Part shown: positions 13,401 to 28,400 of the stretch, piece by piece | Layout: every line of letters begins with the position of its first letter | Position numbering within the stretch: position 1 is the first letter of the stretch | Notes under the pieces: model-generated | The model's input: the letters and a program-made list of their open reading frames with translations, nothing else | Told to the model about the DNA's origin: nothing | Databases searched by the model: none | Source: Paraspadella gotoi | Lineage: Eukaryota; Animalia; Chaetognatha | Reading direction: 5' to 3' | Assembly: GCA_051294375.1 (NCBI GenBank) | Contig: CM119264.1 | Span: 19,723,590 to 19,787,589, forward strand | Length of the DNA: 64,000 nt | Position numbers and translations under genes: made by a program

Positions 13401-16400
13401 AAAAGACATTGTAGCAAAGAAAGGTGAAGACGTTCAATTTGAAGCAAGATGCTATGCAAAACCACCTCCTGATATAATGTGGTTGAAAAATAATAAACCG
13501 TTGCTCCACTCAAAGAATATCTTTATTACTCAAAAGGATGGCTTTCAACAATTTTTACGTATTTCGGCGGCGGATGTGCATGATTGTGGAGAATATTCAG
13601 TAATCGCAAGCAATGCTTTCGGTGAAGCAAAGACGTCAGGAGTATTAGAAATAAATGGTAATAACTATTCAGCAATAAAATATTACTTTTTACCTAATGT
13701 TTTAATACTTAAAATGAACAACACATTAATTACAATTTTTTCAATATAATATATATATAATATATAATGTGCTTATTTTAAGGAGAGATCACCATCATTA
13801 TATGCATTTCTCTCTTCTCAGGGGCCCTGAGTCGAGAGTGTCTCCCCCTCTCGCCGCCCCTAATTGTATGATACATGATAAACTACACTTCCGTGCAAAA
13901 AAAACCAAAAAAACTACAATGCCCCATTATATCTGAAATAGGTTAATTTTTTTAAATTAAAGATTAGGTTAGTGATTAGGGTCAGCAATTAGAGTTCGAG
14001 ACTAAGGTTTAAGGTTAGGGGATGTAGTCGGGCATTGCCTAGGTTCACCCCGCCTAGAATCATGACACTTTCAGTTGTGGCCCGGCTGCTCATTGAATAA
14101 AGCCATCAGCTCATGACCACTAGGTACCGGGTTCAATCCCAACCCGGTACCTACCCTGCGGGAAGCGTGAGGACAGCCGTAAGCCGCCTTGGGGGCATGA
14201 CAAACCCTCAAGCCTTGTTCCAAGCCCAGGGACCCGTTTCATGGCTGCTAGAGGGGGTTATAGATGTTACGGACAGTCATCTTCAGCCCACGTAGCGCCT
14301 TATCCACAGGGATAGGGTTAGAAATTAGGGATATGGTTTTGGGGTTAGGGATTAGTATTGGGGATTGGGTTTTATGTTTCAAAAATTTTTATTAAATATT
14401 AACGTTAAAATTTTAATCCAGGATATCGATTGGGGAGAGACCATTGGGAATTCAGATTAGGAAGTGATAATTATTATTATTTTTATACTTTATAAATTCA
14501 TTTGAAAAATACTTTCACTGAAAAAGCACTATACTTGGAATTTTTGCTGTATGATTGATTGATTGACTGACTCCATAAAGATGAAACTTATGTACAAGAA
14601 GCATTTATCAGTCTGCCAAGAAACAACATGATTGAGTATTTTATGAATTATGCCACATTGAATTTCATGTCATATGATTTATTTTTTAGGTTATCACGTA
14701 ACTTCACAATTATTATACATAGGTAAATTAAAAGTCTATGTTACCTTACTTAACTAAAAAAAATGAACTAAATTAATGAAGTCTTTTCAAAGTTATAAGC
14801 ATTTAAAGGGGATAGATCAATGGACAAAGACAATGACAGACTTACGACTGACTAAAAAGAGAATTATAGAGTTACTCTGTGACTACTCGCAGCACAACTA
14901 TTAACCACTTCTTACAAATGGATACCCCAATCTTTATAAAATTTATGCCAAGCTTGATCATTCAATGAACCTAATTTTATTTTTTTTTTAAATCAAAGAA
15001 TATAGGCTGATTTTAAAGGCTAGTGTGTTTTGTTTGCAGATAAGTGTAAGTAAGACCCTTGAAGATTTAACTTGAAATATTTTATGGAACTAATATTATT
15101 TTTTTTGTTCTCAAATACACGATTAGTTATTTGTTTATTTTATAGCCCCTCCAAGTATTGATAAAGAATTTCATAATGAAACAGTTCTAGAGGGAACAGA
15201 ACTAAAACTAGAAGCAATAATAGATGGGATGCCTTTTCCACAAATTACCTGGTTTAAAGATGATCAAGCAATAGATTTAGATTCTGATTACACATTTGAG
15301 CAAAACGGAGGTTTATTTAAATTTGTTATAAAAAGTGTATCAAGATTTCACTCTGGAAAATACAAACTTATTGCTGAAAACAACGTCGGTATTGTACAAT
15401 GTGAGGCAGAAGTCAAAATAAACAGTAAGTAAATATACAGCTATTTTTAAAAAAAATGAATGAATTGAGCCGCGCCTGAAAATTAATCTTTTACAACCGT
15501 ATCTAACATATGGTACTCAAATTTTTTTTTACATTCAGCAAAACCAAAATTCCTACTCCAAATAGAAAACTTAAGTGTAGCGCAGGGTGATCCTGTGCAA
15601 TTTAAAGCCGAAATTTCTGGCATTCCCTTCCCTAATGTAGTTTGGTTAAAAAACAATAAAGAAATTACAGACAATACAACTATTTTGAATAAAGATGGGA
15701 ATATCTGTAATCTAAATATTACTACTGCCTCGAGTCAAGATGCAGGAACTTATGCAATAAAAATCGAAAATGAATTTGGATTTGAAACTTCAGAAGCTCA
15801 ACTTAATGTTATAGGTAATAAATATAAACAAGAATATCTATTTAATATATCATCAAGGGAATAGAAATGATAGATATGAGCAAGTTTATAAATTAATACT
15901 ATATAAAGGAGATTAAACTTTATATTTCCTTTATATAAATTAATAAATTAAGCCAATCCAATACACTTGCAAATGGTTTCGCCAAAGAATCTTTGCTTAA
16001 TTCTTTACCTCTCTCTTTCTGTCTCTCTTTGCCAATTTACTACAATGCTCCCTTTAAGCCTGGGCACTGGCACTGGGCAGGGCCAATCTATATCAATGGG
16101 GTAGGTCAGCAATTTGATTTGGGAACCTTCCCAAATGAAACCTCATACATTTCTGATAAAGTAGCTTTAAATACAATTGAAGTACGATTAACTGTTTAAA
16201 GTAATACGACCATGTTGAAAAATTTTATCTCGATGAAGTAGCTTTTTGATTTAGTTTAAATAACTGGCCTGAAGCTTTTCACCTATTTTCAATATCAATA
16301 TCTCAATCTCTCACACCGTATTCTGTGATTTCACCGATTTTGTAAGTTGTCCTTAAGTTGTCCTATATTGTCTAATTGTTTCGACTTAGTCTTCTTCAAT

Positions 16401-19400
16401 TGTGCAATAAAATTATAATCATAATTTTTTAACAAAAATTAATATTATTTTTTCAAGTACGTAGGTTAAGTCGAAAATATATATTTTTAGAAGTTAAATT
16501 GTGGCAACAAAGGTCAACATCCTGTGGACCAAAGGAAGGAAAGCAGATTATTGCCCTTTCACTCTCTTTCCCTTTCTCGTTCTCTCTTACTTGGTATTTG
16601 CTTTGCTCTATCTGTTTAGACTCTCACTCACTCTCATATAACGTCATGCTCACACCAGCATCTTATAATAGTAACGTTGAATATATTTAAAATATAATAT
16701 ATCGTTTTTTTCATTCAGTCGTTCCAAGTTTTGAAAAACAATTACAAGATGTGACAGTTAACTCAGGAGATAAAATATCTTTGCAAGTGGCTGTTTCAGG
16801 AGATCCATCTCCAAAGATTGAATGGTTTAAAGATGAAGAGATAATAGATTCAAGTTGTATTAGCAATGAAAATAATAAGTATTCACTTATTCTGAATAAA
16901 GTATCCGAAATGGATGCCGGACTTTATTGCGTGAAAGCAACTAACAGCGGGGGCTATTCAGAATCCAAAGCCAAAGTTATAGTTTTTTCTCAACCTATAG
17001 TTGCGGAAACGCTAAATAATATTAAAGTAAAAGAAGGAGAGATGGTTGAGTTTGTTGCAAAGTTAAAAGGTTTACCGATTCCAGATATTACATGGAAAAA
17101 AGATTCAGCAGAATTAAAGAATAATGATAAAAATAAATTTATAGCATTAGAGGAATCTCATACATATATTTTAAAAATCCTGAATGTTTCACTTGACGAT
17201 GCTGGTGAATATCAGATTATCGGAAAAAATTGTATAGGCGAATGTAGTTGTTCTGCTCGACTTTTCATTTTTTCTGCTCCAAGATTTGAAAAAAAGCTTA
17301 CTAATATTAATGTATTGAAGGGGAAAACTCTTGAACTGGAGGTAATTTTACGTGGAAATCCTTCACCAGATGTTTCTTGGTTCAAAGATGATAAAGAGAT
17401 AAATAACGATCAACATACTGATATTGTTAATGATACTTCGTCTTACAAATTATTGAAAAACAATACTAGTGATTTGGATGCCGGTAAATATAAAATTATT
17501 GCAAAAAACCATAGCGGAATATGTGAAAGTGAATGTATTGTCAGTGTTTTACATAAGCCAGAATTTGCTTTATGTCTTAAAGATCTTACAATAATAGAAA
17601 ATGAAGAACTAATGCTGACCGCAAAAGTCGCTGCCATACCACCACCTAAAGTAAAATGGTTCAAAGAGGATCGAGAAATAAAATCAGATCAGAATATTAA
17701 AATATCAAACAAGGGTAATGTTTATTCCTTGTTGATAAAGAAAGTATCTTTAACTGATTCAGGAACATTTTTGTTAAAGTGTGAGAATTCCGGCGGCAAT
17801 AATGAGACAAAATCAATTGTCACTGTTCATGCACCACCAACTATTGAGAAGAAATTAAAAGATATTACTGTAATAGAAGGACAAGATTTAATTGTTGAAG
17901 CCAAATTCAAAGGAAAGCCTGACCCTGAAATAAAATGGTACAAAGATGATAACCTGATTTCCGAAGGAAAAATTTTTTTTAAAGATAATTGTAAAATATT
18001 AATTATAGAAAATATTCGTTTTAACGATTCTGGTCTCTTCAAGGCTATTGCAACTAATATCATTGGGGAATGTAGGACAAACTGCAAGGTCAAGGTCCTT
18101 GAACCACCTTCTTTTACTAATAGCTTTACCGATGTAGTGCTTACTGAAAAACAAATGCTTAAACTTGAAATTTTAATCAATGGTCATCCTGATCCAACAG
18201 TAACTTGGGAAAAAGATGGTAAAAAGATTTCAGAAAAGAAAACAATTCATGACAAAATCGCTACCTCAAAAAATGGTAACCTTTACGCATTAACTATCCC
18301 GAAAATTCTGACTGAAAATGCTGGTTTATACAAAGTTATAGCGAAGAATGAAGCAGGGGAAATAAAATGCGAAAGCAAAGTAAAAGTGCAAAGTAAGTTT
18401 TTGTCATGGTAAAAACATCTGGCTGTAAACCAATATTTCCTAAACATTTGAGCTCAATTTGCCATATTTGTCTCGGCTTTGACTTTGTGTCACATTAAGC
18501 CGCAATAACAAAGTCAGACTGTAGTTTGCTTTCCTAAATCTCTGTTGGAAACTTTTCTCTTTCTCTCTTTTCTCTTTAAATATTTCGCTCATGTTTCACA
18601 ATCAAATTTTTTTTCCGCGCTGATGAAGGCTGACAATTCAGGCGAAACGAGTCCGTTTTTATTCTTAAATTGTCGTTGTTTTAATAAGCTTAAATATTTC
18701 TCTAATTTCAAACAACGATACAAAAGAAAAACAGATAATTCTTAAAACTTATTATTTTCAAAATCTCTAATAGTCATTACCATAATCTATATGATATATA
18801 TGACGCAGAGACAGATCACGCTTAATTTCATGTGCACGAAAAAAAATTAATTATCGGTTGAAGAGAGAGAACGTGAATGAAAAACTCGTTCGAATTTCCG
18901 TGTCCTTAGATTGGCCTTAGAATTCGTTCACGGTAAAACTACCTTATTGTAGTACTCATTTTTCCATACTCTAAAAAGTGGCTTGTCGTGTCTGTTTCTC
19001 TCTCTAATAATAAACCTTTTTACCTAAAAAAGTCTCTCTTTTATTTCGCCACACGGTCATTGAATTTACTTTGTCTGGCCATTTGTACTAACAAGCCATC
19101 CCTTCTTGACAGTTATGCTGGACAAATACATGCAAAAATTATGATTCGGCCCTGAATGATACAGTAAAATACAGTGTAAAGTTGAAATTTTAATTAGATA
19201 CTTTGTTTCTCTGAATTCTTAAACTGAAAGTATATGTCTCTGGATGATAAAAAAATTTTCTTTAGTTTTTATTTTGAAATTTAGATATTATAAAAATAGG
19301 ATAAATTGAGATTCTCCCGCTTTGCGGAAATTTTTCATTAATTATCTTTGATAGTGGGGTCTGACTCGATCATGAGTCTTTTAAGATTTTTTATTATAAT

Positions 19401-22400
19401 TTGCTAAACAATGGCTCATTTGAATACAAAAAAAATACTTTTGAAAGTTTTATGTATTTTTAATTGATTGCTTTAATTGAATGATAGTGAAAAAATATTA
19501 ATTTTCAGCAATGCCAAAATTTACTAAAGCATTAAAAGATACATCAATTTATAGTGGAAAAGATCTCAGTTTAGAGGTGACTGTTATTGGGAATCCTCTT
19601 CCCGAGATTAAATGGCTGAAAGATGACCATCTACTCGAGCTGAATGAAATTAAATCTAAGGATACAACTTTCTCATTAAATATTTCAAATATTGCAATGA
19701 AAAATTCTGGGACCTATAAAGTTGTTGCTACAAATCCTGCCGGCGAGGCTACATGTAGTTCAACTGTTACTGTCAAAGCAAAGCCTAAATTTATAGAAGT
19801 TCCAAAAGATACTTCAACTGGTTTAGGAAATAAAGTTTGTGTATGTACTAAAGTAGAAGGTATCCCTTTTCCAACCATAAAATGGGAAAAAGATCAAAAA
19901 GATATTATACAAGAAGATGGATTCAATATTATAACGGAAGATGATAAATCTATGTTGTCTATTGAAAGTACAAAAATTGAAATGAGTGGCTGTTATACTA
20001 TTACAGCAACCAATGAATTTGGAAGTGATCAGTGTAAATTTACTCTGGATGTTCTTGGTAATATTCGACAACTGTTTTTTTTAAAAAATCATTATATTAA
20101 AAAAATATTATCATTTTTATTTTCACAACGAATTTGGAAATTAATAAAAGCGATATATAACAACCCAAATTCACCAGCAACAAAATATGAAAGAAGTATA
20201 CCAGACAAGTCTTCTCAACAAGGGAAATGAGGGCAAGCTCATGTGACAAGTTCAGGCTTATTCCATATTATTAGAATTCACATACAGAATCAATTTGAAA
20301 ATTATTTAAAACATCTATTTAGAACTTGTTCGGAAACGATTTTTATAATCGTAACATATAACATGTAATCCAAAAAAAAAAACAATTATAATTTTTTTTA
20401 AATTAAATTTAAATTGGTACACAAAAAATGTATATGATAATATGTAAATGTAAATGTAAATGATAATATCTGTGCAAATGCAAAATAATTTGTTTGCCTA
20501 ATATTTCGACATGTGTTTTCATATCATCATCAGTGGCAAGCAAATTTCTACTAACTTTAACATTAAACCCCAATCCTGTCAAAATCCAACCACTTCTATT
20601 GCAACTTTTAAAAGTGAGCTCTGCAGAGCGCATATAATCTGCTCCTCTCCTGAACAAATAACTAGTTTGAGCAAACTATGTCGGATCTGCCCACAATCAT
20701 TAGCGGTAATTAATTAATATACAATTTAATTAATTCAAGTTATCATATTCAAGGTATCATATTAAAGCCATAATTATGGGGCATCTTTTTCATATAATTT
20801 TTTTTAAATGTTTCAAAGGATTTTTTTTAAATCTTGATCGGAATCTTAGTCAAAAGTATAACAACTTTTGAAATTAAATTAAACACACTTGGCCACATTT
20901 AAAAAAATAAATAAATATAGATTCTGAAAGAAATAATTTTAATGCATCATGTGAGGTATCATATGAAAGCTAACGATGTCTGCTACATGACAGCACATAA
21001 AAAAAATTTTTCTTAATAAAAATAAAAAATCATCAGACTACCCTAATAAAAACGTAGAGAGAGAGAGAGAGAGAAAGAAAGAAAGAAAGAAAGAAAGAAA
21101 GGAAAGAAAGAAAGAAGAAAGAAAGAGATTACGGTGGATTATAGAGTCGGAATTTTGCGTTAACCAGATCCAACTAAAAAGCTTATCGGAAATAGTGGGA
21201 AAATAGCTCATCATCTTTTTTGTATCATATCCGAAAATCAGAAAATAAATTTACTACTGTTTTTTGTTTTCTTATACTTAAACAATTTTTAAAAATATTT
21301 GCTTCCCTTCATACAAAAGTATAGCAATTCACTTGATTGTTATAAAAACGGAAAAGCTATTGTAATGTGTTAACATTTCTTTTTAAGTATAATGATTCTA
21401 AATTATTTTTTTTATATATAGTTGCACCGTTTTTTAAAGTTGATTTGAATGATCAAGTATGCATCAAAGGAAAAGTGGCTCAATTTGAAATAACAGTAGA
21501 AGGAAATCCTATTCCAATGGTGACATGGTTCAAGGATGAGAAAGAAATAGCGCCCGGTGATGGAATTACTTTCCGCCATTCTGATAATACTTGGTCAGTA
21601 TCAATTAATGATACTGGTCATGAAGATAAAGGTGTTTATAAAGCAGTTGCAAAAAATGTTGTTGGAGAAGTAAAATCCGAAGGAGTTCTGCAAATTCTTG
21701 GTAAGGAAAGTTATTTGTTTAGAACATCTTTGTAATTTGTTATTATATTTAAAGAATAAAAGCAAATTTGGAGTGTTCAGTATGGGTGATGAAGAAACAG
21801 TCTTTTGCTAGGGAGGCGCTGTCAAATGCAAAACAGGCGCCGTTGAATTCAGGGTCATGGCCGTTGATGGTCGATTGCTATCCTTTTGTAGAGCTAAGGC
21901 TAATGTGCGGTGCTGCTGCTTTGTGTCAGGGCAGATAGAGCTGTGCTTACGTCTTAGATGCTGACAATTTCAGTCACGAGAGCGCGACTGTATGCTACTA
22001 CTAGCACATGCCGACCAAATTCAAATGTTAAAGGGAACAGAAATGAACAAATTCGTTATAAGCATTATATATAATTTTTTTTTGCAAAATTTTTTTTAAT
22101 TGGCTATGTAAAATTATTATCTTAATATATAATGAAACATTTTGTTTTCTATTTTTAAGTTTTCTAAGTATTCTGATAAAGAATAAAAAGTTAAATAATA
22201 CCTCAAAAGCTCGCCAAATCACTAAACGTTAAAAACCTGCCATTATCAATGAAACACTCGCTTTCAAAAAAAATTTCTGAGCTTAGTGAAACTCAAAACT
22301 CAATTTACGATCGAACATTTTAACCATGTCAAAATAAAAATTAAGACTAAAAACTAAAGTTGAAAAACTTAAACAGAAAAGTGAAAAAGCCAACAAACAA

Positions 22401-25400
22401 AAAAAACCCTCAGTAATTAACAAGTTTGAGCAAACAATATCGGATCTGCCCACGATCATTATCGGTAATTAATTAATTAATAATTAAATAACTCAAATTA
22501 ATTAATTAATGAGGCAATTAACTAATTTGATACGAAATGTTTGTTTTTAGGTCTTTTCGTCACTAACCACAACAAAAGAAATGACGACGATGAGAATAAT
22601 GCCGATAACGATTGACTGGATTGATTGACTGATTAATTAATTATTGATTAATTAATTGACTAATTGAATAATTAACTGATTAATTATTTGATTAATTAAT
22701 AAATCTTGCATTTACATTTAATATAAAAAGAAAAATAAGCATAATCAATTAGTGAAACAGGTTTTTTGTTTTTTCCATTTAAACTCATTTCCACTCACAT
22801 ACAAAATTTCAAGTCAATCGTCCCATCCACTCATGAGCAATTGGTGTTGAAATATTTTTATGTATTTTCCATTTAAACTCATTTCCACTCGGACGATTCC
22901 ATCGAAACTTCATATCCAGCTCAATCACTCACTTCCCTACCCACACACAAAATGTCATTGCAATCCATCCATGCAATCACGAGTAATTGGTGTTTTATGC
23001 TAAGGTGGGACGGACGGACGGACGGACGGACATCGTTTTTTTGCATAATTTATCATAATTCGATGTTCTGATATCATATAAATAAATGCCCGACAATATT
23101 GAGGGGGCGCACCGACAAAGTGAATTATAGAGTAGGGATCTGCTGATAAGCAGATCCGACTAAAAAAAGTCAGTTGTACAGATCTAAAAAAGAAGCTCAT
23201 TGAAACAATTTTCCTCCAATATTTTGGATATTAATTTGTCGTTACCGCTAAAAAAATCTCCAAAATGATTGTTTTCATTATAAATGCCTCTTTTAATTTT
23301 GGGCTCTCTCTCTCTCTTTCTATATATATATTATATATATATAATTATATAAATATGTGGATAAGGCACTAAATGGGCTGAAGACTACTATCCGTAACTT
23401 CTATGCCCCCTCAGCAGCAATGGAACGGGTCCTGGGCTTGGAACTAGGCCTGGGGGTTTACCAGGCCACCAAGGCGGTTTACGGCTGTCCTCCCGCTTCC
23501 CGTAGGGGAGGTAATGGGGAGGGATGGAAACCGGTAACTCAAGGTTATGAGTTACTTATGAGCTGATGGCTTTACTCAATGAGCCACCGGGTAACAACTG
23601 AAAGTGTCATGCGTAGGTGAGCTTAGGCAATGCCCGACTACATATAAATATCTTTCTCTCTCTTTCCCTCTTTTTGGCTTTTCACATTTTCACTTAAGCC
23701 ACTCTATTAAAAAAATATAGACTTATATTCAGGGTTGGCATTAAAAAATCCACCCCCCAAAAAAAACACAAAAAAAACCAGGTAAAAAAAAACCGCTTAA
23801 AAGGTTTTTTGGGGTTTTTTTAAATTTTGTTATTATGAAACATTAAATTGTTGAAGCAAAAATTTAAATCATATAAGATTTATCATTTTTACAAAGCTTA
23901 ATATATGAAATTGGTATAACCAATATACAAAATTATCCATTCATTTAATAAATAAGCTATCTTGCCCCTGACTTTGGACAGGCTTTGGTGGTTTAAGGCC
24001 TCCATCACTCTTACAAGATAATGACATAGCATATATTTTAATGATAAAAAATACCATTTTCCTTATTAAGTAATCGTGAATCACAAATTAAGTTAAGAGC
24101 TACATATTAAAAATGATTGCTATTCTCTTGTTATTATTTAATACAAGGTTAGGGTTCTTTTAAAAAAAATTAAACTTCAATATAATTATATATTTAAATA
24201 TTTGGCACAGGTTAAAGAATTTGTTCAAGATTAATAATAACTTCTATTATATTATATTATATTAATAATAACTTCTATTACATTATATTATATAGTAATG
24301 AAGCATCTTGCCCCTGACTCTGGACAGGCTATTTTGGCATAAGGCCTCCTCCCTCTAAAAAGACTGTTTTAAATTAAACTAAAAAAGATAAAATATACTA
24401 CACTTAGCTTAATTAAACACATTAACATTTTATTAAATTAACTTCAATAATTTTGCTGAACATCAAATTTTATTTTTAGCCCAAAAGACAAGTCAGTATT
24501 ACTAAAAATAAAAGAAGTTAGAAAATTGTTATAATTGAGAAGGATTCAACTGACCAGCAGCAATTAAAAGCATCATGAACAATTAATTAAAAATTATGTT
24601 TATGAAGCTAAAAAAAATTCAAAGTTACAAATTTTTTCATCTATTTAATTTTATAAATTATTTATTTTCTATGTCAAAATATAATCTTAATAAACTTCCT
24701 ATATATGTATTCGAAGGCCTATATTAGGTAGGTAAGTCCCTTATAATATAAATTTTTTCTTCAATCATTTGGCTTAGTTATAATGTTTTTTAATTTAAAT
24801 TATTTGAAAAAAAATTAAAATAATATTTTAATAAAGAAAAATTAATTACAAATAAACTATTAAAGATAGAATAATGGTTATGGACTCAAACGAAAGGGAA
24901 TGTTTATAGATTATGGATGATGTATAATATTTTCATTTAAAAAAAAATTAAACCATTTTTTAATATTTTTTATTTTACTTTATTGATTTTATATAGCTAA
25001 TTTTAATATTAAGTTATAAAAAAACTGTCATTAGGAAAAAAATTATTACCCTTTTTTGTGTAGCCCAAAGTTCCGGAAACGAATCCCGGGACATCTCATT
25101 CTTGTGCACTCCATGTAAAAAGGAACCGTGGAAAAAAGATGTACTAAAGATGTACTTGATTTTTAATGTATTAATAATCTATATAAATGTTAATGATGCA
25201 TATTTATATTTATATCAATTTTTTTTAGTATTTCATTACTATTTTCTAATAAAATTAAGTTTTTACACTTTTTTTATTTTTGGGGGGATAAAATAAAAAG
25301 CTAGGCCAAATATTTTTTCCAGAATAGACTACAATTAAAATCTTAAAATTCATTTCTCATGTTGGTTATAAAGTTTATTAAGGTGTATTAATATTGCTTG

Positions 25401-28400
25401 TATAAGGGTTCTTGGACTAAATCTTCACTTATAAAAAAAAATCACTTAGCTGCTGCGTCGCAACATTAATTTTTTTTTGCAGCATAAAAATTGCTTATTA
25501 TTCTGCTTAAAGTAGTCATAAGGAAAACTTTAAAAGATATATTAATAATATTTTTAATAATTTATTTTCTTTATTAAAAAAGTTATTAACTTAATGCATA
25601 CTTCCTGGCGCGAAGGGAACATGACTCCTCTTCTTTTAGTTCTTCCTGTAGTGAAAAAAAAACAAACTAAAAGATAAAAAATCTTTAAAGATTAAATTAA
25701 TATTCGTCATAAAAAAAGATCAATTAAAGTTTTTAGTCAGTACCCTGTAGTATATAGATTTTTAAAATAAAATTTTGTTTAAACTATATTAAACAAAACT
25801 ATACAGAGTTTTATTTAGGGAAGTTCCCAAGTCAAACTTTGGACCCACCACGTAGATTCGCTTACATTTTTTAAAACTTTTTAGAACCCCCAAGTTTTAC
25901 GGAAAAAATTATTGATGCCATAGGAATTTTAAATGAATCCTTACTATTAAAATGCTCTGCTAAGGGGTCTCCCCTTCCAATGTTTCAATGGTTCAAAGAT
26001 AAACAACCTATTGATAGCAGAAGATTAATGGTGGAGACATCTGAAATTTCTTCCTGTCTAAATATTCCTAATCTTTTAAAAACTGACGCTGGAAAATACA
26101 AAGTCATTGTAAATAATGCTGCTGGAGAGTGTTCATCAGTAGCAACAGTTAATATTCAAGGTAAAAAAAATAAATACTGTACCCAATTGGGAATGATATA
26201 AAATTTTGTACAGCTACGTACTAGACTTCTATTAGATACTCATTTTTATAAAATTATTCGAATATTTGCTAATATAAATAACCTTTTTTTCAAATAATCA
26301 TCCCTTTGCATCTTCAGTTAGAAAACTGTTTTTTATTTGTAAATTACTTAATTATTAAAATTCCATTTAATATAGTTTTAAAAGTTTTAACCCTAAAAAA
26401 ATTAATGATATTGGTTGTTTTTGTTTTAATCTGTATTGCCCTCCTACATTTACCATTATCAAAGATATTGAAATATTTTTAGCCGGATCTGATATAGCAG
26501 ATTCCGGCACTATAATTTTCTTTGTCGGTCTGTCAGTTGCCCCCCATAATTTAGAAAATCAAATTATGAAAAAAAATATGTCCATCCCTCCTTATGTCCG
26601 CCTGTCTGTACTTCCCACCTTAGCTTTAAACGCCAATTACTCATGAATAGAGATCAACTTGAAATTTTGTGTAAGAGTGAAAAAGTTTACGATTGAGCAG
26701 GAAATCAAGTTTTGACGGAGTTGTTTGAGTAGAAATAAGTTTACTCATTTTACTATTTGATTTTGCAGGTTTTTTTTATATTTGGACGCAAGCTGCAATA
26801 ACAAATATAATAATCACCACAATCACAACTACAACCACCACAATTACCACAACTACCATAACCAGAAGGTTTAAAAACCACAACGTTTATAACCAGCATA
26901 GTTAATTAATATTTATTAAAATAATTGTTTAATTAATTAATCATCTAATTAGCTGCTAACTGCTAAATTAGCGTGAGCACATCTGGCATTGTTTGCGCGA
27001 ACAAAGTGTAGAATAAAAATAATTAAGTATTTTTTATTGTTTTAGTAAAACCGATAATAATCAAAGAACTGAAAAATTTACAAGTAATTGAAGGGGAGCA
27101 TGTAATTTTTGAAACCGATGTTGATGGTGATCCTTTACCAAAAATATTTTGGTATAAAGACAACATGCAGATTATTCCTGATGAGACATTAATTATTGAG
27201 TCAGTTGGAAAACAACAAATGTTAAAAATTATTGACGTTGTAGAAGAAGATGCTGGGGTTTATTCCTTAAAAGCCTCTAATATTCATGGTGAAACTTCTA
27301 CTGAATCGGAACTCAGTGTTTTAGGTAATCTGATTTGAACTTTCAATATATAATATCTTTATTTTAATTACTTAAATAATTTTTTTGAAGGACCGCCATG
27401 TTTTACCTTATTTCCATCTGATCTGGAAGTAAAAATCAATGAAAAAATAGTTCTAAAAGCAGAAATTAAGAGCAATTTAACCCCAGAATTCCATTGGTAT
27501 TTCAATGATAAAGAAATAATAAGTTGTGATAATCAACTGTGGTTGGAACATGATGAACATAATTTAACGACCAGCTTAACAATTTTGTCGGTTACTGCAG
27601 AACATGGAGGGGTTTATTTGATTGTAGCAAAAAATGCTGCAGGATCTGCGAAAACTTCATCAAACTTAATAATTAATTGTATGTACTTTTTTCTCAGGAT
27701 TGGCGATCACTACATATGATATCAAATATGATGGTGACAGACTTTTTATCCATTTATTTTGTTAACCACTATATGATGGTTATGAAATTCTTTTCAAATC
27801 TCACACATGATTGTCTCCCATAAATTTTAGCATGCTTTAAATAAAATAAATTTACCATTCGATTGCTGTTGAAAGACGTTTATGAAAGTTTTTGAAGGTT
27901 TTTTTAATATGATTCACTTTTTATCCAGCCCCACCAATGATACTAAAAGAACTGAAAAATGTCAGTCTCATAGAGGGCAATGATCTTACGTTTGAATCTA
28001 AGATAAATGGAACACCAACGCCAAAAGTCGTTTGGTATAAAGATGAAAGAGAAATCATTCCTGGTAAGTGATGGATTGCACCTGACTAGTATTTTGTGGA
28101 TTTTGTAGTGTAAAATTCTACTTGCTTATCAAAATACCTATTCGTCTGCAAAAATTTGTTTTGCCTTCCAATTTTGATTCATGAAACAACTTGCTATTTT
28201 AAGAGTTTATATATTGTTTGTATTTTTAAAAAAAAAACTTTTTATAGTTAAAAATGCTGGTTTTCAATCAAAATACTTTTTTTAAGTATATAATATAATA
28301 TATATATATTTTTCAAATATTAATACTGTTTTATAGGGCAAAATAGTATTTAACAAATATTTTTTCATAAATTTTATTAACTCTCAGGCGATGGTTTGGA

